Program-made: the position numbers and the translations under genes
Assembly (NCBI RefSeq): GCF_038025025.1
Contig: NW_027117340.1
Location: forward strand, 930,001-994,000
Direction of reading: 5' to 3'
DNA from: Phyllosticta citribraziliensis
Taxonomy: Eukaryota
DNA: 64,000 nucleotides
Notes under the pieces: generated by a model
The model's input: the letters and a program-made list of their open reading frames with translations, nothing else
Databases searched by the model: none
What the model was told of the DNA's origin: nothing
Shown here: positions 47,684 to 60,870 of the stretch, in pieces
How the letters are laid out: the number at the start of each line of letters is the position of its first letter
Numbering within the stretch: the stretch's first letter is position 1

Positions 47684-49031
47684 GATGATGGTGTTGATAG
47701 TGTTGATGTTGGTCGAAAGTGGAGATTGCTGCTGCTGCGATTGCTGCTGGGCCCAAGGAAGCAGACGGAGGGATTGCAAGAGGGAATTAGACGAGCACAA
47801 AGGAATGAAGGGGAAGGACGAAGTGGCGGTGGGAAAAGTGAGAATGAGCGAGACCAAGGCGAGCAGAAGCAGGACTGATATAGATGGCCGCTGCCGGACG
47901 GCCGGTGGTTTTGTCAGCGCCATTCTTGCGTCGTATTTGCTGCTGCGCTGCCGTCTGTGCTTGCTCCCCAATTAATTTCTCTTCTCTTCAATCAAAGCCC
48001 TGGCAGTCGTCCGAATGGGTAAGATGGGGAAAACAGTGGCTGGCTATCGTGGACCCCGCCGTCGCGGCCGTTGGACGTTGGAGCCGTCGCAACTTAGACG
48101 CGGGACATGGTGCATCATCGACTTGAGCCAAGGATAAGTCATGGCCGGCGATTCCACGGGGTTTCATGCGTCGCAGCGGCAACGTTCGTTGCCCGCTTTG
48201 ACGCATGACTACACGTGCTTTGACGAGCTTTCTGCGTGCCATGATAACAACGTCTCTTCCTCGTCACCTCCGCACGCCATGCAGATTGTCGAAGAGAACC
48301 CTTGCGCCGTCCAACAGACGTGCTGTCGTCGCCGCGTGCCTGCAGTGCCTCCATGTGGCTCGTGTTGTCGGTTAGGGCCGGCACGCTTTTCGATGCGGGG
48401 CTGTCGAGGACAAAGCTCCTGCCACTTAAGCCGACAAATGCTGCTGAATTTACACTGTTGCCCCATTTTCAAGAGGCAATTGGATTAGGTGATGCGTGGA
48501 TTGATGGCCCAGGAATCGGAGCCCTGCACCCGTGGCGCTTTCCGTGGCTGCCATGAGACGCGCTGCTTGGTGCTAGTCGTCGATCACATTTGCTGCGTCG
48601 TCCTTAGATTCGGAGCAGACCGAAGGACTCCATTTTTGCCTTTTTGGACGCAAAGTCTGGCCTTTGGAACATTCAATTTATGTTGAAAATCAAAAAACAC
48701 CGATCCGAACATTGAGGGGAATCAAAACGGAAAACAGAGAGGTATCAAACAACATGCGAGCCATCTTCGCCGCGGGCCCAGCCCTTTTGCTCCTCACTCA
48801 AATGACGAACGACCAACACCAACAACTCGGTTGCAGCAGAACGTTCCCGATGCAAAACACTCCTGAACGACATTACCTGCTTTTGTCTCACGACACCGGT
48901 CCCATTACTCCAATTCGACCACGACGCTAAGATGATGCACAGCTGGAAGAAAAGGAAATTCGTCCGCATTCGCTTTTGTGGCAGCGAGCTCGTAGCCTCT
49001 AGTTTTCTCAATGGCGAATTCACCTTTTTCC

Positions 49032-50850
49032 CTAAAACTTGCGTTGAAAGTCGTCAAAGCTTTCGCTGTATACTGGATGAAGTCCAAGTCCTCCTCTTGC
49101 TCGCGGGTTGTAAGGATCGTAGCTGTCCCTGGAACCAGCGGTACTGGGTGCTCTCGGTGTGCTGAAGCTTCCCACAGGACTCTGGTACTGTCTTTGGTGT
49201 TCGCTTCCAAAGTAGTCTGGCGACTTTCCCCCGTCACTCGAGCTGATGGGGCTCCCGTACGGCTCTTCGGGACTGAGGACGGCGTTCTCGGGAGCCTTGA
49301 TGGCGGCGGCCACATAAGTGTTTGACTGGGGCACTTTGACGAGCTCGAAAGCGCGGTCAGACGTAAAAGCACGCGTGTCTTTTGAGAAGCCGCGAGCGTC
49401 GAGCGACACAAATTCACGCTTTGGAGAGCATCGAGACCGGACAATTTCCACCCAGCCGGTGAACATGGACCAGCGTCCCAAGAGCAAGAAGCATTGAATG
49501 CCAAGGACCTGTCGGTGTGTGAGCAAAAAGATAGGAGGCTGTTGTTGTGATGCAAACATACCGATAAAAGGACAAGGGTAGCTGTTGCAGTACCCTGATT
49601 GACACTGAGGCCTTGTGCGGCATCGGTGCACATACCGCTTCTTGGGTATGGATAATCCATCAAGCACCGAATCAGGGGAAGCGCAGTCTCCATGTGGTGA
49701 AGGGCTGTCATTTCCTTCTGATCCAAGTACACAAAGACGACAGAAAAGAAGATGACGTCGACCAAAACGAAGAGTACAATGAGAATTCCTCGCCATTGCA
49801 GCCAAAGGACTTTGCTGACGCGCCGGTACACGATTTTTGCCGAGTTTTTGCGCGACTTCAAGCTCCCCGTGTATGAAGGTAGGCTGGTGCTGTCCTGCGT
49901 TTCGGTCTGGTCGTCACTCCACATGTTTTTCAGGTAGACGTTGATGCAATAGCAAAATGTCCCGAGCTGGGTGAGCGCCGCTGCTCCTGCGATACCAAGT
50001 AGGGGACCCCAAAAATCGGCCATGGAATGCTCCAAGCTGACATGGCAGGCTGTTCCGAAGCGAAAAGAAACACCAGTAAAGGCAATTGTTGTGGCGAAGA
50101 GAATCGCGGGTATGCCCCATCCAAAGAACTGGGAGGCGTAAAAGAATTTGCGTCCTGGTGTGGCATCCCAGCAGATTTGGACGTGCATCGATAGAGCTCT
50201 GATGAAGACTGAGAAACTGTCAGTAGGGGAATAGGCGAGTGAGCGGAGGCGACTCACTCCACATTGCTGCAGAAAGTCCACCGGCAACGATAAAAGCCCC
50301 AGAAAAGGCGCAAGATACGCTCGAGTGCATGTCGTTTGGAGTGATTTCATCGAAGCATTGTTCTGGCTGTGCGCCGAGGGGAATCGCAAATCCGAGCTTT
50401 TATCATTAGCAAGGCCTTCCACGAGGAGGTAGGTGACCTACTGCAAGCGAGACGCAGCCTACCACCAGGCAGACGCTGAGATAGTGCCGTCTTGTGTTTG
50501 CCACTGGCAGAAACAGCCATGAGACGAGCAGAAATAGGCAGCCGATGAGCCCGACGAGGTTCAGAGCCTCAGTCACCTTGTAACCAGACTCGAATGCTTT
50601 GACAACGTTAATATTGGACAGCAAGTAGGTGTAGACTGACTCACACTCGGAGAATATCCAGTCCGTAATGGGGCATGGAAGACAACACTCGAGATCCGAG
50701 TAGGCGTCTGACACATTGGCACAAAGCCGCCCCGAGGTATCTGTACATGTCAGTGTGAACCAAGGCTCATGAGTAGCTTGACTTACATCCTCCATCTCCA
50801 AAGTTGGCCCGATTCAGGAAGGGTGGTGGGCAATTTGCCAAACCGGACAT
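49032..50850 (-). CDS. Seven-TM G-protein-coupled receptor, GprM / MG00532-like
   Basis: ATG at 50850 (MSGLANCPPPFL). Cys-rich ectodomain (CCLPCPITDW), then TRRHYLSVCL, QCFDEITPNDM, RALSMHVQICW, GVSFRFGTACH and LQWRGI. About five introns and multiple TM helices. Confidence 0.85.
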
Positions 50851-53800
50851 GACCGCTTCTCAGTTCATTCGAACCCAGGCAGCGGGCACCCAACAAACGG
50901 GATAGCGATACCTCTGCCTCTGTTCGCCACTTCGAACTCGGACCAATCGCTACAAGGGCAGGTGTAATCAAACGTGAGATAGATTCTGTCGTTGGATTGA
51001 CAGAAGTGGATATTGAAGGGCTGGCAGTACCCGGCGCAAGTAGTTTGATGGTAACACGAGAGTAATGAGAAAGTGAGGTTGGACAAAAAGACACGGGACA
51101 CGGTGCAATGGGTCAATGCGAGCCGAATGCGTTGCGCAGGTATTGGTAGCAAGATGGACGGCTGGCGACAGAAGGTTGAATAGACGTAGGTATATCGGCT
51201 CGAAGGAGAAGGTCGAAAGAGGCGGTAGACAGAGCGAGAGGGGAGGGAGTGAGAATATGGGGAGCCGATGAGCAGGATGGCCCAAATTCTGGCCACCCCA
51301 GTGGAGCTCCCCGACGCTCAAACTCAGCTTTGGAAAACCGGAGGACAGGCCGATCAATCAGAGCATGGTAGAACAGTGCCGGGAGAATGGCGATCCCGGT
51401 AGGATAGAGGTCGAGCACAGGGGCAGGGGTGTTTCGGGCACAGAATCACAAGAACGCGCATCTTGGAAGCGCGAATGGCTAGACCAGGACCCGGTGATGC
51501 CGCTGCGGCGGCTCTTGATGATGGCCAGGCGCAGATGCCGCTGACCAGTAATGTCATCAGACGGCGTCAATTCCCTGCTCTTACTCGTCCTGGAGCGAGT
51601 GACATGATGTCGGGGTGACGGTGGTTCCTGGTCGTCGTGGAGAAATACGCGGCCTGGCAATAGAGGCTGCAGTAGATACATGGACTCGGGCTCGAGGAGG
51701 TGGGTTTTCGCGTGGCCAATACAGTCGGTGTCGTTGGGACGGATGAGCCGCAGCGCGGGCATATCCGACTGGGCGAGGCACGGCGTCAAGGGCAGCCAAT
51801 CAGCGCCGCGGCCTGCCCGTAAAGGTGACGGCCTCCCGAATTGGCTGCCGGCCGCTCCGTCTCCCATCGCCACGCCACGCCACGCCACGCCTCCCTTCGC
51901 CATGACCATCTCCGCCTGCACTGAGGTGCCGCATCTCGCATCTTTCCCGAGTCCCTGTCTCCGCCGACCCTAACTACGCAATCCCATGCCCAGTCGAGAA
52001 ACGGCCGCTGGTCCTGCTCCCATGTCTGGGTCCTCGACTTGAGACTGGCTACTGACAGAGAGACCCCGACTCGTATGCGCGAACCGCATGAAGCAACGTC
52101 CCACGAGAGGAGAAGGCTCTCATGTTCCATCACACGGCAGGATCCATCACAGTCGTCACGACTCGTTCGAGCTGACCCTCGCGACGTCGGTCGCCGCATT
52201 CGGGCGCACATCAGCGCCGCATGCCCATGCCCAACGTCTACTGGTCCGCCGTCAGCTCTGTTTGACCCATCCATCCTTACACTGGAAATCTCTTCACCTG
52301 ACTTTTCCTCCTATCACGGCTTCCATCTTGACCTCTTGCCCTTGGCATCGATTCTCGACCCCATGCCGTGAATAAGACTTTGACCCATCGACCTGTCGTC
52401 CATCTGAGAGCCGTCCAAGGAGAGCGCGCAGATCGTTGCCTGAGATTTGACCGCAGCTTGCCCTTTTGAGTGGATGAATCCCCACACTCAACGCCCGTCA
52501 ACGGTGGCCCGTCCGTCTCGTCAATCAACGGCCAACGGCAACAACAAACTCAACACCCGCACCAACCGCGGCGTGCTCTGAGCCAACGGTAAACTCAACG
52601 CCGCTGATGATCTTGGAAGCAGCACGACCTTTGCAGACTGCACGACTGTGGCGCCGAAACAACGCTTCTTCCTCGAAAACACTTCCCCGTAGCCTTCGCT
52701 GGCTGGCTGTTATTTGCACGTACGACAGGAACCATGTTGCCAGACGTTGCGTACAAAGACGCTTCCGAATTCAAACATTTCTCCCGTCCAGGGTCCTTGC
52801 AACGAAACGCTGCTCGACCGGCAAACCTTGGAAACTTGGAAAAATATTCCACAATCGCGATTGCATGAAACAACAGCAATGGGTCTCACGGCACAGCCCT
52901 CACCCGTCAAACCCCCTCGCTGCAAATCATCCCTGCCCAGCTCAATCCGAGGACCGTGCAATGGGATAGATGCTGCTCAGGGCGAGTCAAACTGTTCTGA
53001 GCTTGTATCAACCTTTTTGTCGGCATGAAATTCGTATCCTAAGAACAAGCTCTCCACACCATGGACCTGTAGCAACCGCGACATCTACTTTTCCAAATGC
53101 ATCTCACGCGCGAGTCAGGCGGATTTCTTCCTTGCGCGCTCATTTGGGGGCCAGTCCACTCGAGAGCCACGAGGCTGCCAAGCAGGCACACGACGCTGCT
53201 GACGCCGACTCCCTTCTTGGGTCATTCTGACTTCCTTCTATCACACAATTGCGGTTCCAGTGTCCTGATCGTCGCCCTTTTATAAATTCCAAGTGAAACG
53301 AACCAAATCACATCCATCCATTCAAAACGTCAGCAAACTTCGACTGCGCAAAGAAACCAACAGACTCCATCTCGCTAATCCCCCTGTTGATATTAAGATG
53401 GGCGGCAATGCACTCCATACAAAGACATGCTGGTACGTAAGGTAGCGAAAAGGAAGAGTGCAGCGATAGCGGCAGCGGTCACCGGACAATCGGAAAATGA
53501 AGCGATGACGCTCGAGCTGTGTGCCGCGTGCCGGCCCACCCCCCAACATGCGTGGCTACACCCGTCCATTGGGGAAATAGCAAAAACACACAGGGGTTGG
53601 TACTGGATTTGGCAATGGTACCTGGAGCCCGTCAACCCCCTGTTTGTCCCCAGCCTCTGTCCCGCACCACCGGACATTTTCGTGCAGGGTCTGCATGCGT
53701 GCTGACAGGCGCTGACAAAAACGGCTACGTACAGTCCGCATCGGAGCCGAAACCTGAACCAAGATCACGAGGCAAGAGACGTCCGTCTTTCACTCAATCC

Positions 53801-56800
53801 TGACAGTCAAGATGTCCCTGGCCCACGCTGTACAAGTACCCTTTCGCTGGTCGAAATTTGATGTCAGGTGCTGTCGTCGCCCACATCAAATCTTGTCATG
53901 TAGGTGTCATCACTACCAGTCAATTGTCTTTCCAACACAAAGACTGCTACTCACGATTCTGCCGTCTTCTCACAGGCCAAACTCAAGCGTCACTCCACAC
54001 GTCCTTGGGTCCGGATTTGTTGTCAGCAACTGGCCGTCCCTGCAGACGACATGCAGTAAGCACACCCGCTGACCAGTTCCACCCACATATATACGTGAAA
54101 ACTACTGCATGCATTTCGTTCCGCTGGGCAGCCTCCCGCAGCAGCTGCATGCGTACAGTTCTCTGCATACATATCGTAAGGCCCCCATTCTTTTCATGTT
54201 CTCACTTGTCAGTAGTTCGTGCCATATGCGCCCACTCGAGAACGCGAGCGCGTGCTCGGCGACCGGGCGCCTGAAACCTGGAGAGTGACGTGAGGTCGGC
54301 TACGTGACTGTTTTCAAGACGAGGAGTGGCGAGGAGGATTATTCTCTTGAGTTCAGGCTGGCTCTAATCTATGGGTATATCCAAGTCACGATTCTAACCA
54401 AAGGTACAGTTTTCACTGACCACTTGCCCTATACCATCTGCCCCTACTCCTCATTCCGGCACTTGGTCCAAGAAGACCAAGACAATGGGAAAGGGAGAGA
54501 CCACACAAGATCCCGAACACCCCAAGAACCCACACAACATCTAAAAATGGCTCTTCGTGACGTCTCCCGACTTCGCTCCCGCTTGCTCCCGCTCAGGCTC
54601 CCGACTCCCGCCTCCCGCCTCCCTTGCCCTTCTCAACCGGATACACCGCCTCGCCCTTGCACAGGATATCGGCGTACGGTGTGCGCGAGCACCACGTGGA
54701 TGCGGGACGGGGCGAGCCTTGCTACACACATGGCAGGGTCGAGCGCGTTGCTTGACTGGCGGCCGGCGAGGCTTCGTTTCGTGCATGCCTTGCGTGCGGG
54801 GAGGATGCTCGCTGGCGCGTTGCCCGACCGAACAACGCGATGGCGTTTAGAATACTTGAGCAGGTATAGACTTCTTGCTTCCGTCATGTACGCGCTTGAA
54901 ACCCCCCTCGTGGTTTCTGCTTCGTTGCATCAGTCCGTTCAATTCTTGAGGTTATCCATCCAGTGGGTTGACACAAGGGTGACAGAATGTCATGCCATTC
55001 TTGTCTGTTTTAGGCAGGTTTGAGAATTTCTGACAGCTCTTCGTTTTTCCGCTTTCCTTTCTGTATCAACCTCTTGCCCTCTCGCGCGGCGCCATTACGA
55101 CCAGAGAAACAAGAATGCACGATGACCAGCAGTAGCACTCGCCCTCTAGCTAGCAGGAAGAGGGGGAAGACCCACAAATGCTGCCTTTGGTTGTCCAGCA
55201 TGGCCACCTTAACCCGTTGGCCTTGCTAGACCTTGCTTGACGGCTAGTCAGCGAGCATCAAGCAGGATCTAGCACCTAGCATCCCACGACGAACGGTATT
55301 CTTCCAACCGCGGGCTGTGATACGCTACCATCGACCACCATCGTCGACTCCAATCTCACGAATGGCCTCGCCCATGCACAAGGTAACTTTTCGTTCACAC
55401 GGCCCGTTTGTCAGTACGCTTCTATCAGCCGTAATCAACCACACGCCTCATGCATGGTACAGCTTAGACAAGAAGCAACCTGCCCATGACCCTGAACCGA
55501 ACCGCCTGCCAACGTAGCGTAGCTCGTGTCCGGTAGCTCAACTCTCAACTCTCCAATTTCCCCTTTGTATCGCTGCAAGCAAGCAAGCAAGCAAAGTAAC
55601 CGCTCAGTCGATCAACTATTCCGCTCAGCCTGGCGGCAGAACGTCACGACTCCCGCGTCTCGGCGGACAAAGGAAAACAACAACAACAACAACAGCAACT
55701 ACTACTACTACAAGTCTGCAGGTCCCTAACAGTCTCTCGGCTACGACGCCACACTGCGAGCGCACGGTGTGGTCGGCAGTTGACAGCGAGTCTAATAATT
55801 GCGTCGGTCGAATCGACGGACCGACTGACTGACGCAATCGAGGCGCAGCACCACCGCTATGGTACTAGGTGCTAGATGAACGTACGGATACGGGAGAGGA
55901 GCAGGTGGCGGCGAGCGAGTGGCGCCGCGTACGAACAAACAAACGACAGTGCGGCGTGGCGTGGCGTGGCGTGGCCTTGTCTACCTTAGCCTGGGGCCAC
56001 AGGGCTACTCTAGTGCGAGGGAGGTACGATGGGTAGGTGGCGGCGGCGCGAGGAGGCGATTGCGCGTGCGTGCGTGCGTGACGCGATGCGATGCGCAGCG
56101 GTGGGTGGGCGAGTAGTGGTGTGGCGCAGTCGGAGTGCCTTGGCACGGCCGTGTTGTCGCATGGTGGGACAAAGGTGGGTGCTGTGGTGCGCGTGCCTGA
56201 CCTGTGCTATTCGTAGAATGTTACTACCTCTTAGAGATAGTCGAATCGCGCGAGTGCACAAGGTAGGAAAAAGGTTAGGAGAAGATGCCGAGACGAGGAC
56301 GGGGACGACAGGCTTGAGAACAAGGAGCGAATCGCAACAATCACAAAGTCAAGACAGAACCGGAAAGTGTACACAGACAGGTACGTAGGCAAGTCTCCAA
56401 TTCAATCAACTACCCGCCGCCTCGCTACATCAACGAGCGCCATGCATTTGCCGCTCTGCCTGGAAAAAAGTGCTGTCACGCGCTCACCAGGACAAAAGAA
56501 CGGCGGCGGCTCAAGGCAAAAAACATTATTGCTGTGACGGGCTGTCTAGCCGTCCATGATGCCAGTCTGTCCCGTATAGATACATGCATGTACCGCACCG
56601 TACAGAGAATATAGTACAAACACGATGATGCTGCTGCTCGAAGGGTGTTTCGATGTGAACGAGTGTGTCGGGGGTGATGGATGGGGAAATGGAGCAAAAG
56701 ATGAGTTGGGGGGAGGGAATTCAAAGTAGTAATGGTGCTTTGGTGGAGCTGTTGCAAAAAAAAAAAAAAAAAAAAAAGAAAAAGAAAGAAAGAAAGAAAA

Positions 56801-57652
56801 ACGAATGCAGACGCGAGATACCATGCGAGTTGAATAGTAAACGATTTAAGCAGCAACGCAGCAGGTACTGCTTGCTTTAGTTGCGATGAATGAGAGACTG
56901 AAGGCAAAACGCATGAGTAGTAAAGATTGACAGAAAAAGAGAGGCTGTGTGAGCGACGTGTAAGGAAGGTAAGTAGAGAACTGGCTCTTGTAGACTTTGC
57001 GCATTGCGTGTAGATGGATGTGTTGCTCGAAGAAGAAGAAGCATGGGTATTGGAAAATTGGTCGCAAATGATGGGAAGAAAGAAAGGAAGCATTCAGGCG
57101 CGAACGAAGATAGCAAAGGGGACAAAAAATAAGCGAAAGTGATGTAGAGCCATAGGCCACCACAATGGAGCTGACACCGTGCTCGAAAAGGAAGACTGGA
57201 GAACAAACAGCCGCCGATCTAGGATCGAAAATGTAGAGGTGGACCAAATTCAAAGAAAATGACGCATAAGAAGTAAAGAAACCGTGAGCACCTTTCACAG
57301 CCATACTTGATATGCAAAAGCTACGCTCAAATCGCACAGTGCATTTGGGTATAGCTTTCGAGGAAGTCAGTACGGATAGAACAAAAGCAGACCTGCAACA
57401 GCAGAGCAACAGCCACCCCAAGCTTATCCGGCGAGGAAAGGCGGCGTCCACTGCTTCAACGCCACATTGTACTGGTGTTTGCTAATCGACAACTCTTTGG
57501 TAATGCCTTGCAGCAAACTTCGAGCTAGACACAACGCAAATGACAGTCGTCTGTGGGTAAGTTTAAGCCGTCGCGATTGACGACGGCTTTGTAGAAATGG
57601 GGGTGTAGGATTTAGGTGATGTAGCGTTCAAAGGATGGAGTGCGACGAGCAG

Positions 57653-59946
57653 TCAGGCATTGCTCTTCTTGCGATGGAAGATGGTCCGCGTACGAGACTT
57701 GTCGCGAGACTTCTTGTCGCCGTCTTTCCTCGCAGACCTCCCCCGGACGCTGCCGGCGTCGTCGTCATCCTTGTATTTATCCTTGTATATCCTGCGCGGG
57801 TAAAAAGTTAGCACAACCTTATCGAATGTCTCAACCAGTAGACGGGAACCGAGAAGTCTAGTGAGCAAATCTCAACTTACCAAGAATTGCCCGCAACGCT
57901 AACACCCTTCGCCTCGGCCATTCGGTAAAACCTGGCCGACTTCTTCAAGTCTTTCTTGCACCCAATGCCTTCGTGGTAGCAGAAGCCGGCTTCGGCGAGC
58001 GCATCTGCATCACCCCAACTGCCAGCAATTTCAAAGCAACGCAACGCGAGGCTCTTGTCTTGCTGGATTCCCCACCCGTTCATGTAACTGACGCCAAGCT
58101 CGTATACACTAACGGCGAACTGCGCCTTGTGGGTGCGTCGCTCTACCACGTCAGGACCCGGCTTGCCTTTGGTGGCGTTGTCTTCGTCGTCCGCAACCTC
58201 CAGCTGCGCCGCGTCAACAGCTTTGCGCAGCCACTTGACTCCTTCGGCTTGGTTGGGACGCATGCCCCAACCGTGACGACATGCAAGGGCGTAGAGAAGC
58301 ATAGCCGTAGGGATCTCGGCCTTGGCAGCAAGTCGCCAATGGTATGTGGCCTTTTGCACCTCGCCCTTTTGGTGGAATTCGATGCCCTTTTCCAGGTGCA
58401 TCTGAGGCGTCATGTCTGCGATGCGGGTGGTGGTCGCCGTGGCGGCGCCAGACGAAGATGGCCGCGTGGCATTGGCCTTGATTGTGCTGTTGCTGGACAC
58501 AATGGATGGAGAAGAGGGCCGAGGAATGTCAAAAGACTTTGGCTTGGCACCTTGAGAGTCTGACGAAGATGTTTTTGGCGGCGATGGGGGTGAGGGTGGC
58601 CGCTCGTTTCCGGTACGATGGGCGGGGTGAACTCCTCTCTCCCAGTTCCACTCACCATCCATAGCGTTCGAGGCACACATCGATTGGCGGTCCAGTGTGC
58701 GACCACGAGGCAGGTCGTACCTCGCGTAAATGTACGAAGGAGCGGGACCATGGGATTCTGGCCGGTAACCATAATGATCCGGCCATGCAATGCTCGAACC
58801 CTCACTGGTCATGCTAATTGGCGTCGAGACCTCTTGTCCGTAGGGCATGTTGGAGTCTCCAGAACCCTGTCGGGATGGTATTCTATCGTAAAGTGGACCG
58901 AGCCTGGAGCTTTCTCCAGAAGCCTGCCGGGATGGAGTGCGTGATCGCTCCGCATTAGGCTCAAGAGTAGACCGCGCGTCAGAGGGTCGCCTGTTGTTAC
59001 TCATTGGCCTTGAAAAGTTGAAAGCAGGAGTCGGCTTGGCGCCGCTGAACGAATAGTCCGAAGCCACAGAAGGGGATCTTGGAAGGGACGCAGGATAGGG
59101 CGACGCGGGAGAATGTGACCTAGAGTAGCTGGTGTTGGAAGAAATTCCTCTAGGGGGAAGCGAGTCGAAAGAGCCTCCGAGTGAAAGGCCCTCGCCATCA
59201 TCACCACTGTCGTTGCGCACGGAGCGAATGCTGGGGGAGGGGCGGGGAGATTTTTGGAACCCTGGGGAGCGGGGAGGCATGAGTCCTCGACCGGTCCCTG
59301 TCGAGGCGACCGACTCGCCCGTATTCGTTCGGTGGGGACGATTGGGCAAGCGCTGTGTCGGGGTTCCTCTGGAGCTGGGGGTATTCGGTGCAGGTTCCTC
59401 GACCCGGGGTTCGATTGACTCGGGCGAGGTCGCTCGCGGTATCGGAAAGTAGCCTTGGTGAGGTGCTTTGGGAGGCGTGTGTTCTTCTTCTCCGAGGGGC
59501 GACAACTGGCTCTGGTGGCGGGAAGCTGGCCCATCATAGTCCCCAGACTGAATGGTGGGATGGTGGGAGATGGGTCGGTATTCTGGCTTCACCTCGCGTG
59601 GGTTATGCGGCACACCCGCGTCATCCTCTGGTCCCTTTGGAGACTGAATGGGTGACCGGCCTTCTCTCTCTGCCGAACGACTATATCCAGGCCCAGCCCG
59701 TCTGGCGAGTTCATTTTGTATCTCCAACGGGGGTAGCCTGCTCAAGCGCCTGCCGTTTTGTTTTTCTTCAAATCTTTTGGCCAGGATGCGCGATTGCATG
59801 GCAAAGGCATCGAGGGGCGAGAGAGCAGGCGGGACTTCGCCAGTGCGCGGCGAGGCGGTTTCGTGGACAAACTGGGCCGGGCGGCCTCTTCGCGACTCGT
59901 TGGAGCCTGGACGCAGGTCCAAGTCGTTTGGACGGTTCGGTGGCAT
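57653..59946 (-). CDS. Sel1-repeat protein, Dsf2/Nif1-like
   Basis: Long Ser/Pro/Arg-rich disordered region. C-terminal Sel1 repeats: MLLYALACRHGWG, YELGVSYMNGWG, AGFCYHEGIGCKKD and GNSWIYK. Intron 57880-57792. Confidence 0.88.
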
Positions 59947-60870
59947 GGTGGTGCTGGCGAGGGAGTTGCAGCGGCAGGAGTGGGGGGGTTTTGCCGTGGT
60001 TCGAAATTGGGTCGTTGTTTATGGGTTTGTGGACAATGGAGCTCGACGGCAGCAGAGGGTAGCTAGGTGGGAGCCGGGGCCGGAGCAGAAAGATTCGAGG
60101 AGGCGGCGAGCATGGGAAGCGGAAGACGAGCGAGAGTGGTGGCGAGACGGCGTCGGAAGCGTGGATGGGGGATGGGGATTGCGCGACTGAGGGAGCTTCG
60201 CCTTGGGGTTTCAGGGATGGTGGTGTCGAGGTAGGGGGATGCTGGCAAGGCTTGAGCGGGAGGCCGGGCGGGCGGGCGAGGGGGACGGACTGGACGACTC
60301 AGGTCGGACGCGCAGCGGAGACGGGCGGGCGGTTGGTTGGGGTGAGCGAGGCGTGAGGGCCTTGAGGCAGCGATTGCAAAAAAGAGCGACGTCGAGTTGG
60401 AGGCGATGCAGCGGTGCCGTGGGTGGCCCAGGTATACGACTGAGAGGGTAGGGTGGTGGAGGAGAAGCGCGGGGCGGGCGCGCGGAAATACGAGCTTCAG
60501 CACCACCTCAGCAGCGAGGCCAAAGGGGCATCGGGCCTTGGCGTCTCTTTTTTTTCAACAGGCACTGCGTTTCGGCCGCACTGGACTGGACGTGTTCCAT
60601 TTCCAGCCTTATGCATAAATAAACATGCAGGGACGCACGCACGCACGCACGTCGTCGTGGCTCTCTCGACCCTGGCCCAATCATGACTTGACCCTCAAGT
60701 CCCTCTCTGCTGCTCGGCTTCCCTTCACCACCACCACCACCACCACCATTTCTTCATCCACACGGCAAACACCTCACCTCACCCGCCTTCGCACCGCACT
60801 CCGTCCCTCGCCCCATGCGTCATGTCATGCGCCCACGCCTTAGCTCCCGACATGGAGATTGCAGGCGCCT

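Noticed and set aside
54304..55023. 239-aa ORF in the gene-free region
   Set aside because: It has a non-ATG start, a low-complexity Arg/Pro composition and no recognisable motif.
57755..57790. C-terminal KYKDDDDA resembling a FLAG tag
   Set aside because: The match is imperfect, lies within a native exon after the conserved WIYK, and has no vector or linker context. It is a coincidence.
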